Shown in pieces: positions 50,218 through 64,000 of a DNA stretch of 64,000 nucleotides (the first letter of the stretch is position 1; each line of letters begins with the position of its first letter). The DNA is from Octopus sinensis (taxonomy: Eukaryota). The position numbers were made by a program, and so were the translations under genes. The notes below the pieces were generated by a model, which made no database searches, was not told the origin of the DNA, and saw nothing but the letters and a program-made list of their open reading frames with translations. The DNA lies in assembly GCF_006345805.1 (NCBI RefSeq), contig NC_043006.1, forward strand, positions 25,916,001 to 25,980,000. Direction: 5' to 3'.

Positions 50218-50566
50218 GCTTATAAGTATAATACTTAAATGTTACCACTTCGAATCTATTTTACTTTCTCTTTTAACTTAATGAAATATAGTGCCGTATC
50301 TAGTACACGTTTTTTCGTTTTCTCTTTCCTCCTTCGTTCCGCATGATCTCTGTCGCTTTCCTAAATTTTCTCCTTTTCACATGTCAATATGTGAATCACT
50401 TCAGAACCTGTTTCTCTTATTCAACTTCCTGGCTTTTCCTGTCTTGCAATACTTTTCGTCACCGCCCTTACACACGCGCACTTTTTCCAAATCTGTATGT
50501 GTGTATACACAGACAGGAGCACACAAACACACACATATGTATGTATAAATGCATAATTGGGTACAC

Positions 50567-51885
50567 ACATACATACGTACATACATACATGCACACACAC
50601 ATACATACATACATACATACATACATACATACATACATACATACATACATACATACATACATACATACATACATACATACATACATACATACATACATAC
50701 ATACATACATACATGCATGCATACATACATACACACACACATACATACACACACACACACACATACACACACATACTACATACATACATACATACATACT
50801 ACATACACCACACATACATACATACATACATACATACATACATACACACACATACACACATACATACATACATGCACACACACATACATACACACATACA
50901 TACACACATACATACATACAACATACATACATACATACACACACACACATATATATACATACATACACACACATACATACATACATACATACACACACGC
51001 ATACATACATACATACATACATACATACACACACATACATACATACACACACATACACACACATACATACATACATGCACACACACACACATACATACAC
51101 ACATACATACATGCATACATACACACACATACATACATACATACACACACACATACATATATACATACATACATACACACACACACACATACATACATAC
51201 ATACATACATACATACATACATACATACATACTTTCATACATACATACACACACACACATATATACATACATACATGCATACATACATACATACATACAT
51301 ACACACATACATACATACACACACATACATACATACATACATACATACATGCATACATACATACATACATACATACACACACACACATACATACACACAC
51401 ATACATACATACATACATACATACACACACACATACATACATACATACATACATACATACATACATACATACATACATACATACATACATACATACATAC
51501 ACACACACATACATACATACACACACATACATACATACATACATACATATATGCATACATACATACATACACACACATACATACATACACAACACATACA
51601 TACATACATACATACATACATACATACACACACACATACATATATATATACATACACACACATACATACATACATACATACATACATACATACATACACA
51701 CACATACATACATACATACATACATACATACATACATACATACACACATACATACATACATACATACATGCATACATACATACATACACACATACATACA
51801 TACACACACATACATACATACATACATGCACACATGCATACATACATACATACATACATACATACATACATACATACATACATAC
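50567..51885. repeat. ~1.3-kb compound (ACAT)n/(AC)n microsatellite
   Basis: Directly visible; explains the long HTYI/MYVC ORFs. Long (TA)n-type tracts also at 38520-39010 and 40122-40250, (ATA)n at 47007-47177, (CT)n at 48820-49220. Confidence 0.97.
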
Positions 51886-52389
51886 TTGCACACGAATGAA
51901 TGAATTAGATACTGTGTTCCAGAATGGTGTTGTCTGAGAAGTTAAAGTAAGTTAAATAACTAAATAACAAAAAAAGAAAAGAAAATCAAATGAATATGCA
52001 GAAACTGCCACAGAAATGATGATTACGCCAGGTTGCACAAATGATAGGGGAAGGGCTTTGATATCAGTCTAGTCGCATTTAGTTCAAGACAGCGTCCGGT
52101 TAAATATAACGTTGAAATCAACTATGTCAAACAATCAAAGCTTAGGAGAGCGACATTTAATGAGTCAAGGACTCAACTCTTCAATATTGTAGTATTCGGC
52201 GTGTGAATGAATCATAGTCAGACATAAGACAAGTTTTCCAAGGTCAGGCTTACTTTGGCTTTGTAGAAGGTTAGCAACTGATTGGAAATCGAGCGTTTTT
52301 CGATCTTGAAGAAGGAAACTAATTTCGGATTTATTAAGTATATGAAGTCACCATTTTAAACCATATTATATATGTGGGGGCCACCAGTT

Positions 52390-52839
52390 GGATCTTTTCG
52401 GTTTGAACGGCGGTTTTTTCTAGCGATGTCATGAAATTGTCACCCATAATTATGACCCTAGTATCGATCTATTGCATTTCAGTCTATTTTAGGGTTAGAG
52501 TTAGTTAGGGTTAGGATTAGGGTTAGGGTTAAGGTTAGGGATGGGGGAAAAGGGTATCTTTTTTTTCTTCACAAATGTAAATAAACCCAATCTGTTTCTT
52601 AAACGAGGGACATATTCATACGGCACAGAATGTTGTTTACCTCAATGGACGTCAGTGATTGGTTGAAATTGCAGAAATTGAAGAAAACAACAACAAATAT
52701 CTTACAAACTATAGAATTTTCTCAATAAAGGCAAGAGAAAAAGATGTTTTATAAACACATTCTACCAGTATACGAAGTTTAAATTTTTTTAGTTACCTAG
52801 AAATTATGTTAAAAACTGCCGTTCAAACCGAAAAGATCC
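52390..52839. mobile_element. 450-bp MITE with 8-bp TSD and internal telomere-like repeats (possibly Merlin-like)
   Basis: TIRs GGATCTTTTCGGTTTGAACGGC and GCCGTTCAAACCGAAAAGATCC; TSD CACCAGTT at 52382-52389 and 52840-52847; degenerate (TTAGGG)n at 52489-52540. Confidence 0.85.
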
Positions 52840-52902
52840 CACCAGTTTTATGTAGAATCATCAGTTTTATGTGGTTTATGTAGAATCATCAGTTTTAACT
52901 AT

Positions 52903-54050
52903 ATAGGAACTCTCCGCGTTGCGAAAACGTTTATGAAAATTCATTATGATGCGAAATTAATCTTTCCATTGATTTTCATGCTATAAGTTGATAATGTGTT
53001 TCGACGGATTGTATCGAAAAACAACAACATCGCACACACACAAAAAAATACGACCACTTTAATGCGTGAAAATAGCATACATATTACAATATGTATACAT
53101 AAAACAGAGGAAATACAATAGAGAATAAATAAGAATCGGAATATCATAATAGCGTGAAATATGCTGACTACTATATGTAAGGAGTGTAGTTAGTAAAATA
53201 GCAGATATTGGAAGAATAGCTCATTATCAACATTATCTACCAGAGTGACCAAGAACTTATCCAAAATTGTTTGCTGCTTGTGATGTGTCATTTGGTATAG
53301 CCCAGTTTAGGAACTGAGCTCATTGTAAACCCCTCTTGTAAGTTTCTTGTAAACACTCATGATTAGGGTTATCAGCAAAAACTTGTAGACCTCCCACTAA
53401 AAGTTCCAACCTTTCAGCAATATCAGCGAATTTATATGGAGTAGGTGGCATTTTTGTATTCTCAGTTTGCTCTTGTTTCAACAACACCAGCTTCTTGTTA
53501 AAGTTTTTCTATGGGTCATCCGTAACTCACCCGCATCGACTTCTATAGTTTCAAATCTGACGCCATTTGCAAATATCACGAAACAGTTTTACCATGTATT
53601 TTTACAAGCAAAATTCAAAGCTGCGGGATTTCATTTCATCTTAAGACTCAGTTATGTTATCCATAGCAACCATTATGTTGAACTTCTTGTAGAAGTCTCT
53701 AATTAGAGATTTATCCTTCCTGCCAATTTCTTTCATAACTTGTTTGAAAGTTCTCAGATGATATGCTTTGAAGATAGCTACTATATCTTGATCTACTGGC
53801 CGGAGCAAAGAGGTTTTAATTCATTTTAATTCACTGAGTGTCATGGTGCATTGTTTAAAAGCAGTAATACTTTGTTGGAAATATTATGTCTGGCACTCTT
53901 CGAAAAGGATCTTAGTAATTTATGCATTCTTTTTTGAGCGCCAAATCAGAAGTAACCCTTGAAAGCTCTTGGACTTTCGGAGTGATACACTGGTAGAAGC
54001 TTTAATTTCACATCACCAGTCGCGTTTCTTCCCAGAAGAAACATCAAGCT
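52903..54050 (-). mobile_element. pogo/Tigger-like transposon remnant
   Basis: Minus fragments KVLLLLNNAP*H and SLLRPVDQDIVAIFKAY (degenerate DNAPxH / QPxDQGII motifs). Confidence 0.6.
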
Positions 54051-54051
54051 C

Positions 54052-56080
54052 TGTAAGGGTGAATATGTTGTCTATTGGACTGTAGTTCTTCCGAATGCAA
54101 GAGGCTTTTGTTGTTGGACGGAGCTGACCATTTCGATTTCCATAGTTACCGACATTACTACTGTGACAGCGGTCGCATTCACTGACACTACACTCTTGTT
54201 CTTCTGTTTGAACGGGATGAACTTCAAACATCTCAAGTTTCTGTAGTACACACGGTAGAAATGAGTGAGGATACCGTTGTCAAATCGAGTGTTTGATTCG
54301 AAACGGTTCCGAGAGACGACCATTTAGTCTGACCACCGAGAAGATGCAGCTACATGTTGAAGCGATTCAGCCTCAGAAAACAAGACTGAAACTCACTGCA
54401 TTGAATGTGGTGGAAGGAAGACCGGAAGTGGGGAGAGATGACTTCATGTCGGCGAGAGAGAAGAAAAGTTTCCCTATTTCTCGTGCTATCTGCGACAGAG
54501 GCGAAACGTAACGATAGAGAGGTCGTGACAACACGTGTTAAGAATTGAACAATTTGCCAGGTACCCGATTGCAAGTCGAGGTAAGAAGGACTTTATTTTC
54601 GTGCCTTCTAGCCAACGTGCTATTTCGGCACGTTGTTACCAGCTGTAAGGATACGTCCGAGAAGTGGATCTTTTATATTTTTCTGTTGCTCTTGCTGGTG
54701 GTTTTTTTTTGTAATGACCACAAAAATCAGAATCGGTAGTGATTTGTGGCGAAGCTGCAGAGAATAGATGTGGCTAGCTTTACGCTGTTGTACTTAGAAG
54801 GCAGTGCACTGAATCTCTACCTGGAGATGGATGACGTGGACCAAGAGAAAGTGGAAAAAAATTGAAGAGCGGCTGAAGGACGCGTACATGGGACGGGCTT
54901 TTAAAGCTTACAGCAAGCTCGGGAGAGGGAGATGGACCGGCTAGCAGATAGATGATTACGTGAACGATATTAGGAGGTTGGTGGGCCTAGCAGGGCTTTC
55001 TGGAGCAGCAATGGAGCGGATGGTGAAGCTGTTTTTGTGACCGACTTCTCCGACCATATCTCTGTACGTCTGCAGTAGATGCCGGACATCGAAACGATGT
55101 TGGTAGGAGTGATGATCGACAAATCGTGGACGTTGTCATAAAGCGACACTCACGACGTAGCGGCAATAGTGACGACGGATACGAGCGGAGCGAAGAGGCA
55201 GGTAGCAAACAACGATAACAAGATGTCGAGGTTCTCACATGGTCAGGGGATTAACGGAACCGAAGCCAATGGTGGTGTGTTTCCGATACGGCCACCCTGA
55301 GCACATAGCGAATAACTGCAAGGAGTGAAATGAACAAAGGAGGACAACTGCGCCGCTAGCTCCCTCCACGATCAATTGAAGGCGCACTACCGAATGTTAC
55401 CTGTAGTGAGGCTTATGGTGGGGGCGGGGGACGCACGAACCCTATTGGATACAGGTTGTACAACAACCCTGGTGACTGCAACAATAGCCGAGAACTGGAG
55501 AGGAAACACCAGGCTCAGAGCGGTAGATAGTAGGGAGGTCAAATGCAAGGGCGTCAGCGACATGGAAATGGAGATACAGGGGTCCTTGTTGAGGCTTTAG
55601 GGGATTGTAGTTGACGAGGTGGTGGACGGCATCGACGTAGTTGTCGGAACGGACGTGATTACACGATTGAACGGTGTGACGGTTGGCGGGGCAGGAGTAG
55701 TTTGGTAACCAGTGTGCCACGTGCCGCGAGTGCGGAGCGGAGAAAGAAAACTAAGGGTCACGGATTACTGGCACAGAGAGGGTCTTCCGTTGAAGACGAG
55801 GACTTCCGTGCTGAGTTCGACGGCGAAAAATGGACACAGGAATACTTCTTGGAAGGAGAACCTCTCGTACTGAGAAACAGGGTGAGCTGCTACGAGCACA
55901 CCCTGAAAGGAGAAGCCAGGTTTGAATTCGAGACAGAGGTGAACAGGTGGATAGAAGAGGGCATTCTGATGCCATGGAGCGAGGAGATGACAGGCGATGT
56001 GCTGCCGTTGATGGCTGTGGTTCAGCCGACAAAGAATAAGGTTCGACCGGTGCTAGACTTCAGGGAACTGAGCGAATATG
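54052..56080 (+). mobile_element. Gypsy LTR retrotransposon 5' part (LTR-like, gag, protease, start of RT), degraded
   Basis: gag-like LYLEGSALNLYLEM, protease LLDTGCTTTLV, RT N-terminus VLPLMAVVQPTKNKVRPVLDFRELSEY. Confidence 0.8.
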
Positions 56081-56542
56081 CTTTCTTATGTGCCTGGTAT
56101 CATTGTTACGTGTAATTGTCCATCTAGTTCCTGAAACAGTTTTTTTCTGGTTTGCTTCAAACAATCTGTTTCGTCTGAATTGTTTTGTTCCATTGTCATA
56201 TCTTTCCAGTTTTGTTTTGATTTCTTCTACTCTTTGTTTCAATTCTTTCAATATCAAATCATACCTTTCATCTCTTATTCTGACCCCATGTCGTCAGTAT
56301 GTGCGTGCGTGTGGGGCGGGGGAGTGACCGTGCGTGTGTGCATATGTATACATTAATATGTATGAGTAGCACAGTCTGTAGCGTTCGCGGTTGTCTATAC
56401 TTTGTCGCATCCTGCTTTCTTCATTGTTAAGTGTGTTTGTTTATATATATGTGTAAATGCGCGTCTGTAATTGTATTTTCTATGTATCTTACTAAATAAA
56501 CATACACAAACACATATGCACTCGCTCAAATATATATAAATA

Positions 56543-56578
<36 letters not shown>

Positions 56579-57735
56579 TCACACGCACATACGCACATAC
56601 GTACACACATATACTCACACAGAGTTGAAGCGCTGTTTGATTTTTTTTTCACCGTTGAATTTTCGCCATCCCTCTTCTATCGGTGGATATATAAATATAT
56701 TTTACGCACGCACAGATTCACATAATCACAATAACCAATGTGTGTAGCCAATTCGCTATACATATACATACACAGACACAGTTCAGATTGTCATCATCCC
56801 TTCCTTCGTCAGTCATTTCTTGTGACGAACAAAAACACAAGAGAATTATATATTCGTAGATAGACGTTCTTTCCTAGCTGGCAGAATCGTTACCACGTCG
56901 GGCGAAATGCTTAGCGGCATTTCGTCCGTCCTTACATTCTGAGTTCAAATTCCGCCGAGGTCAACTTTACCGTTCATCCTTTTAGAGTCGATAGATTAAG
57001 TACCAATGAAATACTGGGGACGATGTAATCGACTAGGACCCTTCCTCCAGATTTCAGGCCGTGTGCCTTTAGCAGAAACGATTATTCTTATGCTTTCATT
57101 CTGCATTTCCCCTCTATTCAATCTATAAACTTTTCTAAATGATTTTTAAACTTTGTTTCTCACAAATTCGTCTACGCCGGTATGGTTGTTCTCTTCTTTT
57201 GTATCCAGTTCTATCTGCAGTAACCATAGCTGCAGCCCCCCAAAATTTTGTTAGTTTCAGTTATATTTCCGGTCTGGAATAGCCTAAGGACCGAATCTAT
57301 CTTTTCGGTTTCAACTTTGAGTTTGCGTCGATCAATGTACCTCAGATTGGTGGGTGGGGTGCTTGATCCTTGTCTTCTCTAATATATCGGCACAACATCC
57401 TCACTATGTCTTGTTGGTCATCATCGTATTCTTGTGACAGAGCTCTTCCCATTACTTCAGCTTCATTTGCTGAGAACACATTTACATTTTGCTCTACATC
57501 TTCACTGTCGCCATTCATTTCTCTGTCCTCGCTGGGGACATTATCTGCTGGTGAAGTATTATTTCTGTTTTCTATTTTCCTTTTTATCTCTTCAATTTCC
57601 ATGCCCGTTTAACCACCCTTTTGCTCTTGCCTGGTCAGCTAGTCGTTGCTCATATATTTCGAAGAGTCCTATTTCATTCCATTTTGCTTTCATGGAATCC
57701 CCTTCTACTGGGTTAATTTCTGATCCAGCATTCAA
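56080..57735 (-). mobile_element. Fragments of an R4/Dong-like LINE N-terminal region (56080-56285 and 57100-57735)
   Basis: LKELKQRVEEIKTKLERYD...RRNRLFEANQKK and WNEIGLFEIYEQRLADQAR...KGWL. Confidence 0.55.
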
Positions 57736-57739
57736 TTAA

Positions 57740-57935
57740 CGTTCGGTTTGCTTCTTTATCCCAGCTTCTCCCCTGCCAGGTTGGCGCTTGTCATCGGAAG
57801 TCTGGTCGAGGAGGCACAAACGGGTGCAATCCCGAGCAGGTTTATTCACAACAACCTCCACCTTATGCGATACATCGTAGGGAGGGCTGGGACTAAAGAT
57901 TGCTTCGGTAGGGATCTGATCAATTTAGATCAGTC
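57740..57935 (+). mobile_element. L1/Tx1-like RT fragment
   Basis: ARLALVIGSLVEEAQTGAIPSRFIHNNLHLMRYI...INLDQS. Confidence 0.65.
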
Positions 57936-57949
57936 GAATACGTGGATTA

Positions 57950-59945
57950 GATTTCCCCTACGCCTATATTGACGATCTTATCATAGCTAGTTCTTCCGCG
58001 AAAGAACATGCAGTTCATTTGAAGCAACTTTTCGAAAGGCTTTCTCAATACAGAATTCGTATCAACGCTACCAAATGTATTTTCAGTGAGCCTTCTCTCA
58101 CTTTCTTTGGACACACCACTGATAAGGATGGAATTGGGTCCTTGGCAGAAAGGGTTGAGGCTATAGTAAAAATTCCAGTTCCTGTTTCATTAAGACAGCT
58201 CAGGCAATTTCTTAGATTAGCTAATTTCTATCGACGTTTTATACCTCATTGTGCTGAAACTTTATACCCTCTCAACAAATTACTGCAACACTGCAAGAAG
58301 AAAACAGAAAAAATCACTTTAACTCCTGCTGAACTACAAGCTTTCGACGGTGTTAAACAAAAAATATCTCGTGTCTCCATGCTGGCTCACCCCATTCCTG
58401 ATGCCGAAATTTCTCTTGTAGTTGACGCGTCCGAAATTGGCATAGGCGCAGTTATTCAACAACTTCACCATGGCGAATGGCAACCTCTGGCATTTTCTCT
58501 AAGCAGTTAAAACCAGCTGAAACTAAATATAGCGCGTTCATTCGTGAACTGTCAGCTATTTACCTCTCAGTTAAACACTTCCAACACATTTTTGGAAGGG
58601 AGAAACTTCACCATTTTTACGAACCATAAGCCGTTATCTTTCGCTTTATACTGCAAGCCAGAAACATTTTCTTCGAGTGACATTCGATATTTGGATAACA
58701 TTTCACAATTCACGAGTGATATACGATACATTCCAGGCTCTGAGAACAATGTTGCAGATTCTTTATCCTGTTTACTCGTCAACGCGTTATTTTCAACTGC
58801 GGAAATTAACATGGACGAAATGTCTAAAGATCAACCATCCGTTGATTTAAATGATATATCAGAACTAATTCCTTTCGACCTCCAATTTTTCCCAGTTGCA
58901 ACATCAAACAAACAGATCCTTTGCAAGTTTTCTTCTGATAAACCTCGCCCTTTAGTTCCTGAAAAGCATTGCCGTGTCGTTTTTTCGGCACTACTCAATA
59001 TTTAACATTGTATAACAGCAACATTGAAGCTTATTTCAGCTCCTTTCGTTTGGCCGAACATGCGTCGAGACACAGCTAATTGGACTCGTACCTGTGTCGA
59101 GTGTCAAAGATCTAAGGTACATAAACATATCCGTACACCGCTGGGGTCTTTCTCCACCCCAGATGCACGATTCCAGCACATACATGTTGATATAGTAAGA
59201 CCTTGGCCTGCAAGTCAGGGCTACCCGCTTTTATTAACCTATATCGACTGTTTTTCCCGCTAGTCAGAAGTCATTCCAAACACAGACATCGCTTCTCTAA
59301 CTATGACACAAGCTTTAGTCACAGGATGGATTTCTCGTTTTGGAACACATGTAACAATAACAACAGACCGCGGATGTTAATTTGAAGCTAAGCTTTTCCA
59401 GGAGCTTTCCAAGGTTTTAGGAACTAGACACATCCATTCCGCCAGTTACCACCCACCTAAGAACGGTATGATCGAAAGATTTCACTGACAGCTTAAAGCT
59501 GCGTTGTGTGCTTCTTCTGATTCATCTCGATGGATTGAATTTCTTCCTATTGTTCCTTTGGGTCTCCGCTCTTCTATCAAAGAAGATATTGGATATTCTC
59601 CTGCAGAATTACTTTACGGTTCTTCCTTGACGCTGCCTGGTCAGAGGATTGTTCCTGCAATCACGCAAGATAGCTACACTACAAATTTCATTGAATGCTT
59701 GCGTGATTATATGTCAAAGTTACCATATATGAACACCAGAAAACAAGACATTAAAACATATTTACCAAATGCCTATTTTTCCTGAGCTCATGTTTTTGTC
59801 CGCAACGATGCTGTTAAACATCATTTAACAGCACCGTGTGCAGGATCCTACCGTGTGCTTTCTTGCACAGATAAAGTTTTTACCTTAGATCTCAACGGTC
59901 GTAAAGACACTATTTCTGTTGACAGACTAAAAAGAGCTCACATAG
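57950..59945 (+). mobile_element. Gypsy pol remnant (RT, RNase H, integrase)
   Basis: AYIDDLII, QFLRLANFYRRFIP, VDASEIGIGAV, TNHKPL, NNVADSLS, CVECQ, HVDIV, TTDRG, NGMIERFH, GPY and ISVDRLK; many stops. Confidence 0.9.
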
Positions 59946-59977
59946 TAAAAAAAACTATTTCCACCCCCACTACAGAC

Positions 59978-60072
<95 letters not shown>

Positions 60073-60170
60073 CATTACAAACGCTGTTGTTCTACTTTTT
60101 CTATCTCTGAACTTTCTTGCATAGATTATTTCATTCAACTAGTCTCTACAATTTGATTCCGTGTATTACC

Positions 60171-60608
60171 TATTTCTTCACAACCCACAAGGGGCTAAAC
60201 ACAGAGAGGACAAAAAAGGACAGACAAACGGATTAAGTTGATTATACCGACCCCAGTGCGTAACTGGTACTTATTTAATCGACCCCGAAAGGATGAAAGG
60301 CAAAGTCGACCTCGGCGGAATTTGAACTCAGAACGTAGCTGCAGATGAAATACTGCTGAGCATTCCGTGTATTACCTATTTCTTTATTACCCACAAGGGG
60401 CTAAACACAGAGGGGACAAACAAGGGACAAACATAGGTATTAAGTCGATTACATCGACCCCAGTGCGTAACTGGTACTTAATTTATCGACCCCGAAAGGA
60501 TGAAAGGCAAAGTCGACCTCGGCGGAAATTGAACTCAGAACGTAACGGCGGACGAAATACGGCTACGCATTTCGCCCGGCGTGCTAACGTTTCTGCCAGC
60601 TCGCCGCC
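60171..60608 (-). mobile_element. Two tandem SINE insertions sharing one triplicated target site
   Basis: TTCCGTGTATTACC at 60157, 60363 and 60609 brackets a 5'-truncated copy and a full-length copy. Confidence 0.8.
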
Positions 60609-61126
60609 TTCCGTGTATTACCATCGATAGAAGAATTAAATATATTTTTATGTAGTAAATATATAGATCTTGAATTTATTCTTTCATCTCTGTATGAACT
60701 CTTGTAATAACATACACACAGCCACATCAACACCTTGTGCTGTCTATATATATTTCACTACACTAAAATGGCAAGAGTGGATGGTACCACTCTCAGTGTA
60801 GACCTGTGAGTCGGAAGAAACGAGTTGGAGAGGGCACTCGTCCTTGGTATTCAGGATGATCTTGGATGGTGGGATTCCTTGATTATCCCTAGAGGTTCTC
60901 CTGTATACAGGAGGACCCCATCACTATCACTTTTCCCCCCTCTTCTTCTAGTGTCGTATGTTTTGTATACTTACCTTTTTCTAGTGTATACCGCTTATAC
61001 TGTTTTTTGGGGTTTTTCTTTATTCCATATGTAAACCCCCACATTTTATGCCTTTGTATTGTCCCCATCATCCTTTACCTTGGTGGAAAATATAAGAAAT
61101 CATCATTATTATTATTATTATTATTA

Positions 61127-61160
<34 letters not shown>

Positions 61161-61161
<1 letters not shown>

Positions 61162-62286
61162 GTCATTTACTTTTAATCTGCATGTTTGATACAATCACTT
61201 GCCGGGGCACACCCAGCGCCCTAGGGCAAGTGAAGGTTAAGAGTTGTTGAAATATAGCTGAAAGCTTGGGGAGGGGAAGTAGAGAAATATCTCCATGTAA
61301 TACAACACAAACATTTACATTGATAGGGTTTTTCTAAGGATGTGGGCAGTACTTGTTAGCACAATCTTTTGGATTTCCTTGAGACATGGTTCTCCAGGGA
61401 TATTGTCTAGGTGTTTCTGACATCCCTTTTTTATCATACCTAGGGCACCTACAATAACAGGAACAGTTTTTGTTTTAAGATTCCACATCTTTTGTATTTC
61501 GATTTCCAGGTCCTTATATTTACTAAGTTTGTCGAATTCCTTTACAAATATATTGTTATCAGTGGGGACGCTTACTTCTATTAGTCTGCAGGTATTTTCT
61601 TCCCTGTCTTTAATAATTATGTCTGGTCGATTAGCCTTGATCGTTCTGTCAGTGTTGACTGGAAAATCCCAGAGGATGGTGACATTTTTACCTTCAACAA
61701 CTGGCTGAGGATGATGTTCATACCAGTTAGCAGGAGTGCCGAATTTGTAGTGTTTACATATCTTCCAATGTATATACTGTCCTACTCTATCGTGGCGATT
61801 TTTGTATTCGTTTGGTGTCAGCACAGGACATCCGGAAACGAGATGGTCTATTGTTTCGTCAAATGTGTCGCAGAATCTGCATTTAGGGTCAGTACCGTTT
61901 CGGAGAACGCTAGCCTGGTAATTTCTGGTAAACAAGCTTTGATCTTGTGCTGCCAGTATGAAGCCTTCAGTTTCTGCTTTCAATCCTGAACTCTTCAGCC
62001 ACTGATGGGTTGTTGCTTGGTCTACATCAGCATTTTGGCTTCGGAGAATATATTGCCCATGCAGAGGCTTCTGGATCCACCGCCTCTCAATTTGATTCTG
62101 CCCGTTCTGTTTTTGCAGTCTGCTTGATTCGCTTTGCTTGCTTGGTAGCAGTGGTTTCCGGTTCTTCATTTGATTCAAGGTTAATGCCTAGTTCCCTTTC
62201 GAACTTATAAGCTTCCTTGACAATAGAATGCAGCTTTTTGCTGCTTTCGTGTTCGCACACAAGTCGCAGCATCCAGTCCTTTGTCC
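61161..62286 (-). mobile_element. 5'-truncated R4/Dong-like LINE with restriction-like endonuclease
   Basis: ORF 61315-62178: LHGQY, AETEGFILAAQDQ, CCHC CRFC...HLVSGC, RHD, RPDIII...E...KLSKY; (TAA)n on both flanks. Confidence 0.85.
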
Positions 62287-62297
62287 TTATTATTATT

Positions 62298-62404
<107 letters not shown>

Positions 62405-63074
62405 TACCGCCGCCGCCGCCGTCGTCGTCGTCGTCATCATCATCATCATCATCACCATCATCATCATTATTATCATTATTGAGTGAGAGAGCAGTGCATG
62501 GCATCAAAGTAAAGCATACGAAGCCCAGTATACCCATCATGACTACCCGCCTGATAAGGGTATACCAGGCACATGCATCACAACCATATGTGCACGACAT
62601 AGCGATTTCATATCAAGATAAACAGCGCATGACCTTGCAGGTGGGGCCCAGGTAGAATTTCCTTCAGGTCGAGTAGCCCATCCTGCTCAGCAGGTCCCCG
62701 AATAAGGTTGTTTAAGGAAGTTGAATGAAACATGTTTCCAAAGATGAATTATCCAAACCCCAGAGAAATCCTCTCAACACTTTGATGCTCCCCCACTACT
62801 TCTGCTCGTGATCAGAGATGAACATATCGACAGCCACTAAGGTACATGCTCAACTGATTAAGGTCAAGTAAATGACAAGCAAATCTGTGGTATTGAGCAG
62901 AATATTTGCTGTAGCCGATCTTTTATACCAAGATAAAGCAATGTACATGATAACACTTCCAATCAGTTAGGAACAGAAGCCATGAGAGCCACTGCCTAGT
63001 GGCTCTCATGGCATTTATTATTATTGTTATTATTATTATTATTGTTATCATCCTCATCATCATCATCATCATTA

Positions 63075-63892
63075 TTCGAGCAGGATTGCCAATCTCACCC
63101 AGAAATAGGCAAAGAGGAAGCTGTCCCTGAAAGGTCGGGCGGAGTTGGCGAATGCGTACATCGCTTCCGTCATCTACTGTCACCTGACCGTCATCCCTTG
63201 CCCTGCTTTGTGACTGATCAAGCTGGAACGCTTACTCTTCCGCTTTCTGCAGAGTTCTGTACGGCATTAGTGGAGGGAAAGAGCGACGACATCCTCGGGA
63301 AAACTCTGGGTGTCGGGAGGGATCAATTAACTGGTCTTTTCCCGAGGACTTTCAGGCCGGGCCCTATGGATAACTATCAGAAATTCCTGGCCTGGCAGTG
63401 CTAGCAGGGAGCTCTACCGGTTTGAGACAAGTTCTAGAGACACAGAAGTGCTGTCAGACGGACCTGTCTGAAGTGTGCGCAGGGCGACGACACCGTCCTG
63501 CATGCACTCGTCCAGTGTCCGTGCATTACTGACATGTGGAGCTTTGTCGAAAAGCTGTTGTAGCGCGTAGGACGAATTCTGTTATCAAATGAGTCCATCG
63601 TGAAGATCGTCCTGCCGCCTTCCTTTGGCCGGGAAGGAAAGGTAGTTTCCTTCTGTCTGGTGGCTGTGGCGAAGAAGGTAGTGTAGTGGACGAGATTAAA
63701 AGGACTGAAGACAGATACTTTCCTCTCCGGCCAGTCCCTCATAAACTTCTTCAAGTTCCACTTGAAAAGAAAAGTAAGGGTAAAGAGGGAAGTTCTCCCC
63801 ACCTAATCCACCCCAGTAAATCTGTTGAAAGGTGGGTACATGTGGAAAGGATGGCCCGTGTGAATGGGCCTACTCTGAACTTTCGTTTGTAA
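63075..63892 (+). mobile_element. L1/Tx1-like LINE ORF2 C-terminal remnant
   Basis: YQKFLAWQC..., zinc knuckle CLKCAQGDDTVLHALVQCP, then VAVAKKVV*WTR; stops and frameshifts. Confidence 0.7.
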
Positions 63893-64000
63893 ACCAGAGA
63901 AGTTGAGAAGGAGAGAGGCACCTGCTGAAGTGCATCTGCCAGCCGGAATAACCAGAATGTGTGGGGTTCCTCGGTCGTCCCTGTGAGGAACTTCCTCCTT

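Noticed and set aside
50343-51937. Long ORFs of 360-520 aa on both strands
   Set aside because: Translations of (ACAT)n/(AC)n microsatellite; the same applies to the many YI/HT/VC-rich ORFs elsewhere.
52489-52540. Telomere or chromosome fusion site
   Set aside because: Short degenerate tract wholly inside a TIR/TSD-bounded MITE.
60795-60830. CTGTGA-GTC-GGAA-GAAAC-GAGTT, resembling a decayed hammerhead
   Set aside because: The core lacks a base and stem II has no partner strand; too degenerate to call.

Overview
AT-rich, repeat-dense animal genomic DNA. The SINE families, RTE tails and abundant (TA)n/(ACAT)n/(ATT)n tracts suggest a coleoid cephalopod such as Octopus; this is an inference. 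Two host protein-coding genes are well supported. One is a CCA-adding tRNA nucleotidyltransferase (TRNT1; 18646-19998, +, single coding exon). The other is a three-exon, 154-aa ATF3/Fos-like bZIP factor (48641-45122, -) with a TATA/Inr promoter, which the ORF track misses. A third TATA/Inr promoter at about 37.25 kb (-) may drive a spliced transcript with a disrupted small ORF near 34.1 kb. The rest is mostly transposon debris: Tc1/mariner, pogo, hAT, MITEs, Gypsy, RTE, CR1, L1/Tx1, R4/Dong and tRNA-derived SINEs. The most striking non-obvious signal is a set of hammerhead-ribozyme (HHR) motifs in short Penelope-like non-coding repeats. These include a 428-bp tandem dimer with one intact type I HHR per unit (retrozyme-like), and a near-perfect 412-bp palindrome with an HHR on each strand in the probable first intron of TRNT1. 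They also include a 208-bp TSD-flanked element with a variant core, a U3:A8 compensated core, and weaker circularly permuted (type II-like) candidates. All calls were made by eye, and boundaries of degraded repeats are approximate.
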